Positions 17,049 through 25,200 of a DNA stretch of 64,000 bases are shown in pieces (the first letter of the stretch is position 1; each line of letters begins with the position of its first letter). The DNA lies in the IMG/VR virus record IMGVR_UViG_3300033416_000003, positions 3,668-67,667 of that record; one strand, written 5' to 3'. Under the pieces are notes generated by a model. The model saw nothing but the letters and a program-made list of their open reading frames with translations. It was not told the DNA's origin and ran no database searches. The stretch comes from a virus. Lineage: Duplodnaviria > Caudoviricetes. Made by a program: the position numbers and the translations under genes.

Positions 17049-17884
17049 CGCGTCACCCCCGACCAGGCTCCCGGACTGACGGAGAACATCGCCCCAACTA
17101 GTTGTGGGCGTGCCCAGAAGCGCTGAAATTTCTTCCACTTCCAGCTACCATTCCCGATCTCATCTCGCCAGAGCATCGCCATTGGAAAGAACCCGGCAGC
17201 GAGTGCTTGTCGGAGCCGGGCCTCTGCGGCGGCGAACGTGTCACGCGGGTAACCAACGAGCACGTAGCAGCGTAGCGTATGACTGGCGACCGTGAACCCG
17301 GAGGCAACCAGCTTCTTCCCGACCGCGATCAGAGGTTCTATGTCGTCCGGCGTGTCGTAGGCAAAGAACATCTGTTTCGGCCTCAGGCCGGCGAGCAATT
17401 CGATGTGCCAATCCTGTAACCGAGCCGCCTCCAACCCGCCCGTAAACTCGGCCCGCTGAGGCTGGCGGCCAAGCATCTCGAACACCGCTCGGATGTGGTT
17501 CTCAGAACAGGCGAGGAGGTTGTCATCGAGGACGTTCCACCCTTCGGTTATGGGCAGCTCTCGAACATCTCCCTCTCGCCTCCACGCCGAGCAGAACCAG
17601 CACCTATTGGGGCAACCGCGAGACGTGATGACGTAGCCGGGCTTGAGGTAGCGCCCCGGCGTGAAGTCGCCGCCGCGTTCTCCTGTCGCTGGCCCGCCAA
17701 TCCTCACAGGGGCGATTTGCTCCCACTCGCGAGCAAGAGACTGAGCCCGCTGAAGGTCGTAGGTGAACGACACGCTCACGTGGACTTCGTCCACCTCCGG
17801 CGGGAATAGACCCGGGGCGGAGGTGAAGGCGAGTTCATCGGTCGGCGTCGCCCTCGTTCGACGTGGGAAGACCCGGGCTATCAC
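17045..17884 (-). CDS. radical SAM protein
   Basis: TSRGCPNRCWFC (CxxxCxxC), LDDNLLA, FTGGLEA, CYVLVGYP; GTG start overlaps the upstream TGA. Confidence 0.88.
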   Translation of the reverse strand: MIARVFPRRTRATPTDELAFTSAPGLFPPEVDEVHVSVSFTYDLQRAQSLAREWEQIAPVRIGGPATGERGGDFTPGRYLKPGYVITSRGCPNRCWFCSAWRREGDVRELPITEGWNVLDDNLLACSENHIRAVFEMLGRQPQRAEFTGGLEAARLQDWHIELLAGLRPKQMFFAYDTPDDIEPLIAVGKKLVASGFTVASHTLRCYVLVGYPRDTFAAAEARLRQALAAGFFPMAMLWRDEIGNGSWKWKKFQRFWARPQLVGAMFSVSPGAWSGVTR

Positions 17885-19458
17885 CTGCCCGCCCACGCCT
17901 CGGTTGACCCCGTCTCGAACCCGTCGGCGAAGATCCCGACCGGGTGCGGACGGCACTGGGCATCATCCACCGCTACCCTGAGCACCACCGAGTAGCGGGA
18001 CATGAACAACCAGGCCGCGTCGGCGGTGAAGACGGATTCGTAGTTCGTCGAGTACGGGATGGCGATCCACGGGTTGGTCTCGTCCCAGAACGGGAAGGCC
18101 ACCTCCACCGGGGCACTCGGGTCCGTGATGTCGTAGGTGTGCTGCGTCCCCGTCGAGCTTGCGGGCTTGGTGGCGACCCAGAGGTACGGGTACTGGAGCG
18201 CGCAGCTGTTCATGTCGTAGGCCGGCCACGGGTCCCACTGCGCGAGCTTCGTGGGCGCCGCTGGGTTGCTGAGTGACCACAGCGAGGTTCCGCTGCTGTT
18301 AGCCACCGCAGCGAGCGGCCCGAGCGGGGTGCTCAGGTCAATGTCCACTCCGCGCCCCCTGATCCAGGTGGCGCTGAACGGGCTGCCACGGGGCGTCAGG
18401 GTGAGCCCCGCTCCGCTCCCGCTGACCTCGTACACCTCGACTTTGCCAGCGCCCGCAGTGGTTACGAGGTACAGGTACGCTGGCGAGCCGGGGAGGTAGT
18501 GCCCGTTGAGCACCTGCACCGGAACCCCGGCCGAGTCGACCACGCACCTCAAGAGTGCGAGGTCCTCGGGGTGCGTGCCGTCGATGGTGTACAACGCGTC
18601 TTTGCCGATGCAGCCCTCCAACCAGCGCCGGCCTATCAGGTACTGCTGGTCGCCGTGCTTGAACGTGAAGCCTCCCATGCCTCCGGCGTCGGGATACTTC
18701 TTGCTGGAGAAGGTTGGGGAGGATAGCTCGCCGAGGTCGAACAGGACTGAGCCGTCCATGTCAAACCAGGCCCCACCGAAGCGGCAGTTGTCGCATACCG
18801 AGAAGTTGAAAAGCTGGTAGTCACGATCAGAGCTGAACGGAACTCGGAAGTTGCTGCTCGACGTCGGCCCAGGGTTGAGCGGGTCGTCCAGCCGGATCGC
18901 AGCGAGGTTGTTCCCGGTGTTGTGGACGAGGTAGCGGTGCCCCGCGAAGGTCATCCAAGTGATGCCTTGGCTGCGCTTGTTGCTTGGGTCGGCTTCTGGA
19001 TTTGACGAGGTATTGAAAAGTGGAGGAGGTGAGTACGTCAGGCATTCTGCTCCGATAATATTTCCGGTTACCAGAAACAGGATAGCCAGAAGTGGAACCC
19101 ACACTCGGAACGTTGCAACGATGCGGGCCTTGATTACCGGAACCCAAGAAAGCAGACTGTCACGAATCTGACGGAGCCACCACGTGTAGTTATCGGTGCG
19201 GTACGCCTTGAATTGCGTGGATTCCCAATCCCTTCCAACAAAGACAATCGGCCAGGGTAGCTTCCGGACTTCTTCCAGCATTTCGTCAGCTATCCACAAT
19301 GGCCACGTGTGCTTACCTGACCACTGGTAAATAGTTACGTAATTTCCTGGTGTGATCTTTGTGTGATGAGCAATAACACCAGCTATATGTTTGTCTTGAC
19401 TAACCTTCATGATTGGAAGCTCATTCATCGGAATTTCTGTCTCTTTTACCATGTTCAC
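17881..19458 (-). CDS. membrane-anchored beta-propeller-like protein ending in IFADGFE motif, apparent fusion
   Basis: AT-rich N-terminal domain, TM segment (WVPLLAILFLVTG), LVIVD-like YDITDPSAP repeats, C-terminal GIFADGFETGS. Confidence 0.65.
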   Translation of the reverse strand: MNMVKETEIPMNELPIMKVSQDKHIAGVIAHHTKITPGNYVTIYQWSGKHTWPLWIADEMLEEVRKLPWPIVFVGRDWESTQFKAYRTDNYTWWLRQIRDSLLSWVPVIKARIVATFRVWVPLLAILFLVTGNIIGAECLTYSPPPLFNTSSNPEADPSNKRSQGITWMTFAGHRYLVHNTGNNLAAIRLDDPLNPGPTSSSNFRVPFSSDRDYQLFNFSVCDNCRFGGAWFDMDGSVLFDLGELSSPTFSSKKYPDAGGMGGFTFKHGDQQYLIGRRWLEGCIGKDALYTIDGTHPEDLALLRCVVDSAGVPVQVLNGHYLPGSPAYLYLVTTAGAGKVEVYEVSGSGAGLTLTPRGSPFSATWIRGRGVDIDLSTPLGPLAAVANSSGTSLWSLSNPAAPTKLAQWDPWPAYDMNSCALQYPYLWVATKPASSTGTQHTYDITDPSAPVEVAFPFWDETNPWIAIPYSTNYESVFTADAAWLFMSRYSVVLRVAVDDAQCRPHPVGIFADGFETGSTEAWAGR

Positions 19459-19510
19459 ACTCCTCCCATCTCTCCCCAGGCGCCGAGAATCAGGACTGCT
19501 GCTAGACGCT

Positions 19511-19822
19511 TCATGGTTGCTCCTTTTCTTCAGCGATCATTTCGGAGAACACATCGAGCACGAACTCATCGAGCTGATTCCATTCCAGCATGTGCTTGTG
19601 TGCATTGGACGCTGCTTCAGTAGCTGTGGCGAGCATGGAGCTATGGAACCCCAGACCATTGTCTTCGCTGTGTTCTTTCTCCCATTCGAGAAGGACATTG
19701 GCCTTTGCGACTAAGGCATCAGCCCTTCCACAGTCGGAGGTGATTCGGCTCCCATGGTCCTTGACGATCCGCAGCAACCACCGCGTTAGCTGAGCGCGCG
19801 TCAGTTTTTCGTTGTCGCTCAT
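19511..19822 (-). CDS. hypothetical protein
   Basis: ggaggag RBS before MSDNEK. Confidence 0.6.
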   Translation of the reverse strand: MSDNEKLTRAQLTRWLLRIVKDHGSRITSDCGRADALVAKANVLLEWEKEHSEDNGLGFHSSMLATATEAASNAHKHMLEWNQLDEFVLDVFSEMIAEEKEQP

Positions 19823-20043
19823 GGTTGCTCCTCCCCATCCAGGCTCATCACCTTGGCGATTGCTTTCGGGGAATGACCTCGACTCAGCATACGCGTCACG
19901 AACTCCTCGTGGGTAAGCTGCCCGGCCATGGTGCTCGGCAACGCGCTGGGATTCGTGATCCTGTAGTAGAAGCGCCCCCACACGATTATCAGCTCCGTCT
20001 TCTCGTCACCCACCATGGTTGTGTCAACTACGCAGTTGTTCAT
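19819..20043 (-). CDS. hypothetical protein
   Basis: aaggag RBS; coupled overlaps. Confidence 0.6.
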   Translation of the reverse strand: MNNCVVDTTMVGDEKTELIIVWGRFYYRITNPSALPSTMAGQLTHEEFVTRMLSRGHSPKAIAKVMSLDGEEQP

Positions 20044-20336
20044 GATCGCTCCTTTGCATCCCGTTCGCATCTCCTAGCAAACTCTGCCACGTTCTCTAGT
20101 TCCTTCGCAAGCCGGCGATCATGCCTTGCCTGTTTCCAGGTATATGCGTCGGGGGTGATGGCGAGATGCCTGTCGATCGTAGCGTAGATCTCGTTCAAGT
20201 AGCGCAGGCACTTGTTGATCTCTACCATTGCTAATTCGTATGCCGTCTGTGTTTGGATGGGGCACCCCTCCGGAACATCGCCATCATCGGAAAGATTCAG
20301 CACTGGAAGCACGAAGTGGCGTTCAGGTGGCTTCAT
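20040..20336 (-). CDS. hypothetical protein
   Basis: Start reassigned to MKPPERH after ggag. Confidence 0.55.
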   Translation of the reverse strand: MKPPERHFVLPVLNLSDDGDVPEGCPIQTQTAYELAMVEINKCLRYLNEIYATIDRHLAITPDAYTWKQARHDRRLAKELENVAEFARRCERDAKERS

Positions 20337-20355
20337 GCTCCACTCCCTCGCTCGG

Positions 20356-20649
20356 TCATGCCGCCTCCAGCATCTCGCGCAGGATGGCGGACTTGGCCTC
20401 TCTGGCAGCGAACCGGGCGGCGTAACAGAAGGCGTTCCAAGCGGCACCCGCGGCTTCGACTTGCTCCACTGGAACAGCCCGCAGTGCCCACAGCGCATCA
20501 TCAAGGCCGTTGTGGTCGAGGATAGCCAGCAGAGGGATATGGGTCTGCCTGCCGTAAGCCTTGATTCCCCCAAGAGCGTGCGCTAGGTGCTTGTAACGGG
20601 GAGCGCACGCCTCGGCCTTGTGCAGCAGCTCGAACGTCGTCGTCAGCAT
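20356..20649 (-). CDS. conserved phage hypothetical protein
   Basis: TTFELLHKAEAC...IPLLAILDHNGLDDALWALR, a recurrent phage family; gggaggag RBS. Confidence 0.7.
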   Translation of the reverse strand: MLTTTFELLHKAEACAPRYKHLAHALGGIKAYGRQTHIPLLAILDHNGLDDALWALRAVPVEQVEAAGAAWNAFCYAARFAAREAKSAILREMLEAA

Positions 20650-20720
20650 CACACTCCTCCCATCGCGCACAATAGACCGATCATCGCCAGCGCCCACGCG
20701 AGCCAGTCGCGGCGGGTCAT
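20649..20720 (-). CDS. 23-aa hydrophobic micro-peptide
   Basis: MTRRDWLAWALAMIGLLCAMGGV; TAATG overlap upstream, TGATG overlap downstream. Confidence 0.45.
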   Translation of the reverse strand: MTRRDWLAWALAMIGLLCAMGGV

Positions 20721-21589
20721 TACCCCTGCCATAGCTCATCTCCCCACCAGAACTTATAGTTGATAATATGGATGGGGTCCACGTGGAAGAAGTTCCCGTC
20801 ATTCTCGAGCTGGATCACATGGAACGCGTGCGCCCACTTCTTCGGCTTGCAGTACAGCGGCCTGAGATCGCAGAGGCAGCCACCCTCCCAGCCCATGATC
20901 TCGCCGCCGTCGAGGGTGCGGTTACTGGACCCGATGCTGTGGACGTGTGCCTGGATGAGGGAGCAGCCGTAGTCGTCAAGCAAGAGCTTAGCCGTGTACG
21001 CCGAGTGCTTGCACACCTTGTCGAAGTGCCCCACCAGGAGAGTCCCCACCTTGGTGTAGTTGTCGGTGAAGCGGTCGCCGCTGGTAGCAATGGGTGTGAT
21101 GCCAAACTTGCTCAGCTCGAGCTGCTCGGCAAGAGAGATTCCAATGAGACCAGCGAGAGACCTGGCGTTGCGGATGATGTACTTATGAAACCGGTGCTCG
21201 TGGTTACCATAGACGTATCTAATCTCTGCGGTTGGAGCGCACTCTCGGAGCTTCTCGAAGAACTCCTTAGCCTCTCGAAGCTCTTGGACGAGCGAAGCTT
21301 CGCGTTGCGGGTCCTTGTCGAAAGATGAGATGTCGTAGCAGTCAACAATATCCCCGTTCAAGATCACAACGTTTGGGTTGTACTCCTTAATGAACATGAG
21401 TACCAGGCTGACCACTCTCTGATCCTGAAACGGAATGTGGACATCTCCTAGCACAACGACCCTGGTCCACGACTTCCGAATCTTAGTCTTCGCAGCAATG
21501 GCGCGGTTCGCGCATGCGACAGAGCAGTACGTGCGGTCGCGCCAACGCTCGAGAAGGTTACCGCAGTGGGCGCAGGTCTTGGCGCTCAC
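20720..21589 (-). CDS. calcineurin-like metallophosphoesterase with N-terminal zinc finger
   Basis: LGDVH, NGDIVD, GNHE, AHVH motifs; CAHC...YCSVAC at the N-terminus. Confidence 0.9.
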   Translation of the reverse strand: MSAKTCAHCGNLLERWRDRTYCSVACANRAIAAKTKIRKSWTRVVVLGDVHIPFQDQRVVSLVLMFIKEYNPNVVILNGDIVDCYDISSFDKDPQREASLVQELREAKEFFEKLRECAPTAEIRYVYGNHEHRFHKYIIRNARSLAGLIGISLAEQLELSKFGITPIATSGDRFTDNYTKVGTLLVGHFDKVCKHSAYTAKLLLDDYGCSLIQAHVHSIGSSNRTLDGGEIMGWEGGCLCDLRPLYCKPKKWAHAFHVIQLENDGNFFHVDPIHIINYKFWWGDELWQG

Positions 21590-21918
21590 TCTTTCACCCA
21601 TCCGACCCTGACCTCGCAGGCCGAGAGCACGATATTGCACCGCTCGACTTCCTCGCGCTCGATCCTCAGCGCTTCCTTTAGAGCCTTCCAGTCGTTGTCG
21701 CACGTGGCTGCCAGGCGCTCGTTCCGAGCCTCTGCGTCGAGCAGCTTGGTGCTGCACTCTCCCAGCTCGCCCCTGAGCTTTGACATGACTTCGGAGGATT
21801 GGTTATTCTTAACACTAGCAAGCTCTTTTTGGGTTCTTATTAGGGCGCTAGTAAGATAACCTGTTAAGATGCTAATTATTAGTAAGATGGAAATTGGTAT
21901 CCAATAATCATTCTTCAT
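21586..21918 (-). CDS. membrane-anchored coiled-coil protein
   Basis: N-terminal TM (WIPISILLIISILTGYL) plus coiled coil. Confidence 0.6.
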   Translation of the reverse strand: MKNDYWIPISILLIISILTGYLTSALIRTQKELASVKNNQSSEVMSKLRGELGECSTKLLDAEARNERLAATCDNDWKALKEALRIEREEVERCNIVLSACEVRVGWVKE

Positions 21919-22217
21919 CGGACGGCTCCAAGAGCAGTCTTGAACTCTTCCACTGATCCCAGGCATCGGGCGAGAGCCTCTCGCAGAGTGGTTTGAGTCT
22001 GTACTGAATCGGCTCCAGGTGCAAGCTCAGGTAGCTTTGGATCGTCAGGCGTTGCCGGAGCCACACATGGTACGGGTACGGGTACGAAGACTTCTTTCGG
22101 GACATACACCACCTCCGGCTTGCAGCTGCAGCCCTGCAGGCACATGATACCCGCTACGATCCCAAGGAAGCACAGGATGACCAGACAGAAGTCGATCGGA
22201 GAGAGCTTACTGCGCAT
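21915..22217 (-). CDS. o-spanin (Rz1)-like lipoprotein
   Basis: Lipobox-like LQGC after a hydrophobic stretch; Pro-rich VPVPVPCVAPATP. Confidence 0.6.
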   Translation of the reverse strand: MRSKLSPIDFCLVILCFLGIVAGIMCLQGCSCKPEVVYVPKEVFVPVPVPCVAPATPDDPKLPELAPGADSVQTQTTLREALARCLGSVEEFKTALGAVR

Positions 22218-22392
22218 GGTGTTTCCTCTCATAATCATTGTAGATACAAGCTCCTATTATATTGCTTCCTATGAAATTAAATACGATGCCAAAAAATATT
22301 AAATTATTGCAAATTAATCCGGTTCCTAAAACAAGCGCCATCGAGGCGAGAAACAACTGGTGCGTTACGGCAAACCAGAGTCTACTTCGCAT
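22207..22392 (-). CDS. small membrane protein
   Basis: Two hydrophobic segments. Confidence 0.5.
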   Translation of the reverse strand: MRSRLWFAVTHQLFLASMALVLGTGLICNNLIFFGIVFNFIGSNIIGACIYNDYERKHHAQ

Positions 22393-22810
22393 GGATCACC
22401 TCTTTCCTATACCAGTCTCTGAGCCACGCAGCCGCGACCTCACACTGATCATCCTGAGGCACGGCCTCAAGCTCAGCCATCAGCTTAGCTACATCCGCGG
22501 CCCGCGCCCGCTGCTCTGCGATGAGCCTGTCATGGATGCGCTTCACCTCGGCATCGGCCTTGGCGCTTGCGACTTTCTGTGCCTCGGCCGCGGCCTTCCA
22601 CGTCTTGATAGCTTCGTTCTGACTGGAGATTGAAGCAGCCATGTCCTTGTTGACCTCTTTTACCTGTTGGAACAGCTGCTCAAGCACCACACTTCTTTCA
22701 ATCGCCTTGTCCTTTTGCTTGTTCACGCAGCCAATCCACTGCCAGGAAACCAGAACGAGGCTAACAATGAGAAGCTCTCGCCAGAACTTAGCGGCCAGCG
22801 CGGCGATCAT
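22382..22810 (-). CDS. i-spanin (Rz)-like protein
   Basis: N-terminal TM, long coiled coil, C-terminal Cys (DQC); adjacent to the lipoprotein gene. Confidence 0.65.
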   Translation of the reverse strand: MIAALAAKFWRELLIVSLVLVSWQWIGCVNKQKDKAIERSVVLEQLFQQVKEVNKDMAASISSQNEAIKTWKAAAEAQKVASAKADAEVKRIHDRLIAEQRARAADVAKLMAELEAVPQDDQCEVAAAWLRDWYRKEVIHAK

Positions 22811-23145
22811 GGATCTACCTCCTCTATGTCGGGTTCTATAAATCCCAGAAGATCAACCAATTGAGGATTGTCTCTAATGATTGTCCAAAGAGACCTAGAT
22901 AGTCTATCTACCTGAGCCTCGGTTAGATTATCCTGAGAGTCACAGCTCTCCAGGTCTGCAACATGGATAAGCTCATGGAATCTTACCTGCTGCCGACGCT
23001 CTGGAGGTAAGCTCTCGTCGATTGAAATGCGACACGATCCCCTATTTGAGCAGCCCCAATTTTCACGACGGAGATCAATGTCGTGGCTAGGAACTTGCTC
23101 CATTGTCCATGACATCCCTAGAATACGTAGATTGAGAGATTTCAT
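22807..23145 (-). CDS. HExxH zincin-like metallopeptidase
   Basis: ISIDESLPPERRQQVRFHELIH. Confidence 0.7.
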   Translation of the reverse strand: MKSLNLRILGMSWTMEQVPSHDIDLRRENWGCSNRGSCRISIDESLPPERRQQVRFHELIHVADLESCDSQDNLTEAQVDRLSRSLWTIIRDNPQLVDLLGFIEPDIEEVDP

Positions 23146-23387
23146 CGAATAACTTCCCACATCCGCGCTGGCCTCCCCACGGTTCGCACCCACTCGTCCG
23201 GGTGCTCATCGGGGTAGTATCGTCCAAGCTTCCCCTCCGACTCTAGCCGCTTGACAATCTTCGTGAAGGTTACCCTCGACACCCCTCCGACGGCTAGATG
23301 AGCGTCGGACACGGTGAAAGGGAAGGACATCTCCAGGATGCCCCGTTCAATACTCTGGACCTGTTGTTCCTCAAGCTTTGCTGCCAT
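23142..23387 (-). CDS. winged-helix DNA-binding-like protein
   Basis: VSRVTFTKIVKRLESEGKL...GRPARMW. Confidence 0.5.
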   Translation of the reverse strand: MAAKLEEQQVQSIERGILEMSFPFTVSDAHLAVGGVSRVTFTKIVKRLESEGKLGRYYPDEHPDEWVRTVGRPARMWEVIR

Positions 23388-23399
23388 GTGGTCTCCTCC

Positions 23400-24212
23400 C
23401 TAAACCATTACATAACCGAGAGTACCAGGCTCGGTGGGAACGGCGACTAACAGTCCGTACGTATATGCGTCACGGATGCCGACGGTGTATTTGTAGTGTC
23501 CACCAAAGTATTTTACTTCTCCGAGTAGAGATTTAAAGTGATATATCACAGAATCCCATGCCGGTCTTGACATTAACTCACCAATAGGACGATATACACA
23601 CTCGTAAATGTTAATGTAATCTTGTACTCTATAGTAAATCCAAGATTTCCAGTAGGAACGAGCGGATCTGTACTCCCAATCAGTATAAGCATTCATGATG
23701 CTATCGGCAGATTCATACTTCTTCAGCGTCCAGTTTAGACCTCGTGCCATAATGGCATCCATGAGTCCATCCCTGACCGCAGATTCATCCCATTGTGGTC
23801 GCGCTAATGCGGATCTCCATTTTAGGTGTTCGGCGGTCATCTCTTTTGCATATGATTCAAATAAGCCTACAGACATATTCGCAATCGCGGTCTCAATCTC
23901 CTGCTCTGAGCACTCTTTGATCACGGTCCATGTTGAAGCCCTGAGCTTTAGCCCGCGTTCGACCACAGAAGCTTTGGTCTCTACCCGCCATGCCCTGCAG
24001 GGCCACCCACCGGGCCATACTCCCGCAATTTTCAAAGCAGTTGCGAGATCCCAGCACGCGTTCCAGCCCGCGGCGCACTCCTCCTCTCCTCGGTCCACCC
24101 TACGACGCGGGAGCCGGAACGGAACGGTCCCATCCCAGATGGGGTCACCACCCTGTATTGGCGGCCTCAAGTCATGGGTTGTTACCTTGAATGCGCGAGT
24201 TACTGCTGCCAT
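23400..24212 (-). CDS. hypothetical protein
   Basis: gggaggagaccac RBS identical to that of the downstream gene; AT-rich C-terminal part. Confidence 0.65.
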   Translation of the reverse strand: MAAVTRAFKVTTHDLRPPIQGGDPIWDGTVPFRLPRRRVDRGEEECAAGWNACWDLATALKIAGVWPGGWPCRAWRVETKASVVERGLKLRASTWTVIKECSEQEIETAIANMSVGLFESYAKEMTAEHLKWRSALARPQWDESAVRDGLMDAIMARGLNWTLKKYESADSIMNAYTDWEYRSARSYWKSWIYYRVQDYINIYECVYRPIGELMSRPAWDSVIYHFKSLLGEVKYFGGHYKYTVGIRDAYTYGLLVAVPTEPGTLGYVMV

Positions 24213-24231
24213 GTGGTCTCCTCCCACATCC

Positions 24232-24260
24232 AATATGATGCACCAGCTTCCAAATGTCAA
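24232..24260 (-). promoter_or_regulatory. sigma70-like promoter inside the lysis module
   Basis: TTGACA (24260-24255), 17 bp spacer, CATATT (24237-24232). Confidence 0.65.
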
Positions 24261-24268
24261 GACGGCAA

Positions 24269-24292
24269 GAGGCTCGGGTTTCCCCGAGCCTC
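24269..24292 (-). terminator. GC-rich hairpin, putative terminator after holin-like gene
   Basis: 10-bp perfect stem gaggctcggg/cccgagcctc with GAAA loop on the minus strand; U-tract is weak. Confidence 0.5.
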
Positions 24293-24316
24293 GTCATCTA
24301 TCTATGTTGATTGTGC

Positions 24317-24631
24317 TTAGCCGCCGGACCTCGTTTTCAACACGTCCGTGTAGCTGCTAACTGCCTTCTCACCGACGTTGATGACTCCGTACCCGGCCCC
24401 GATGCCGCCCCACATGCCGAAGAGCCACATCCCAAGTAGCTCGAGGGTGCCCTTCCAGGTCGCGGGATCAATCGTCCCCCGGTTCAGGAGCCAGGTGGAG
24501 ACAGCAAACGCCACCATGCTGAAGCCGGTCGCCGCTAGCCACGTCCACCAGGTGATGCGCCACTTGCGTGACGCCAGCTTGTTACCATTGCCGTTAGTTT
24601 CGTCTGCCACGGCTAGTCCTCCCCCAGCCAC
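24317..24631 (-). CDS. holin-like two-TM protein
   Basis: LASRKWRITWW then two TM helices; downstream of the endolysin. Confidence 0.6.
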   Translation of the reverse strand: MAGGGLAVADETNGNGNKLASRKWRITWWTWLAATGFSMVAFAVSTWLLNRGTIDPATWKGTLELLGMWLFGMWGGIGAGYGVINVGEKAVSSYTDVLKTRSGG

Positions 24632-24747
24632 TCACGACAGACCCACTCGCCGGCCTTGACGCTCATGCGATGAGCCCACTCAGGAGCGGCGATCGAAGTG
24701 CTCGCGGTCACGAGCATACCAATCAAGACGCCGAGACACAGAATCAT
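24613..24747 (-). CDS. small hydrophobic protein (44 aa, missing from ORF track)
   Basis: aaaggagga RBS; MILCLGVLIGMLVTAS... Confidence 0.5.
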   Translation of the reverse strand: MILCLGVLIGMLVTASTSIAAPEWAHRMSVKAGEWVCREWLGED

Positions 24748-24759
24748 ATCTCCTCCTTT

Positions 24760-25146
24760 TTAGTCCTTTGTTTCTCTTGCGCCCGCAGGGTTGATCCACA
24801 TCCACGGGCTAGGCTTCGTGTCGTCCACATCCACATGCAGGTACTGAATGCCCTGCTCGATCCTCGGGAACCCCGCCCCGATCGCGGCGGCTACCAGCTC
24901 GTACATGCGCCTACCGTCGGGTACAGCCATGTCAATCGCTAGGCCAGAGAGGTGGGAGCTGGTGGCCGCGCCTCCCACCTCCGCGTTGTGAGGCACGCAG
25001 CGGTACGCTGAGTTGATCCTAATGGGCCTCCCCCCCGCCAGGCTACGCATCATCTCCAGGCGGTCGAGTGTCTCCTGCTGCATCTCGCACGCGCCGCAGC
25101 AGCGGCACGCCAGCTCTTCGCGCGTGAAGTGCTCGCTATGATCCAT
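24760..25146 (-). CDS. endolysin, peptidase M15A (D-Ala-D-Ala carboxypeptidase-like)
   Basis: HFTREELACRCC, INSAYRC, SSHLSGLAIDM, YLHVDV zinc-ligand motifs. Confidence 0.9.
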   Translation of the reverse strand: MDHSEHFTREELACRCCGACEMQQETLDRLEMMRSLAGGRPIRINSAYRCVPHNAEVGGAATSSHLSGLAIDMAVPDGRRMYELVAAAIGAGFPRIEQGIQYLHVDVDDTKPSPWMWINPAGARETKD

Positions 25147-25200
25147 GGTCTCCTCCTAAATGTAGACACTTAGAGCCAAGTGTCTACACTTTGACACCTG

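Larger units (their letters stand above)
15638..17076 (-). repeat. four copies of a gene-junction repeat GTCC(C)GGAG..TGGTCGG(G/A)GGTGACGCGATG
   Basis: Copies at 15638-15673, 16245-16290, 16663-16703 and 17046-17076. Confidence 0.85.

Noticed and set aside
15638-17076. Junction repeats as a CRISPR array
   Set aside because: Spacing is irregular (about 380-1000 bp), the intervals are whole genes, and there are no cas genes.
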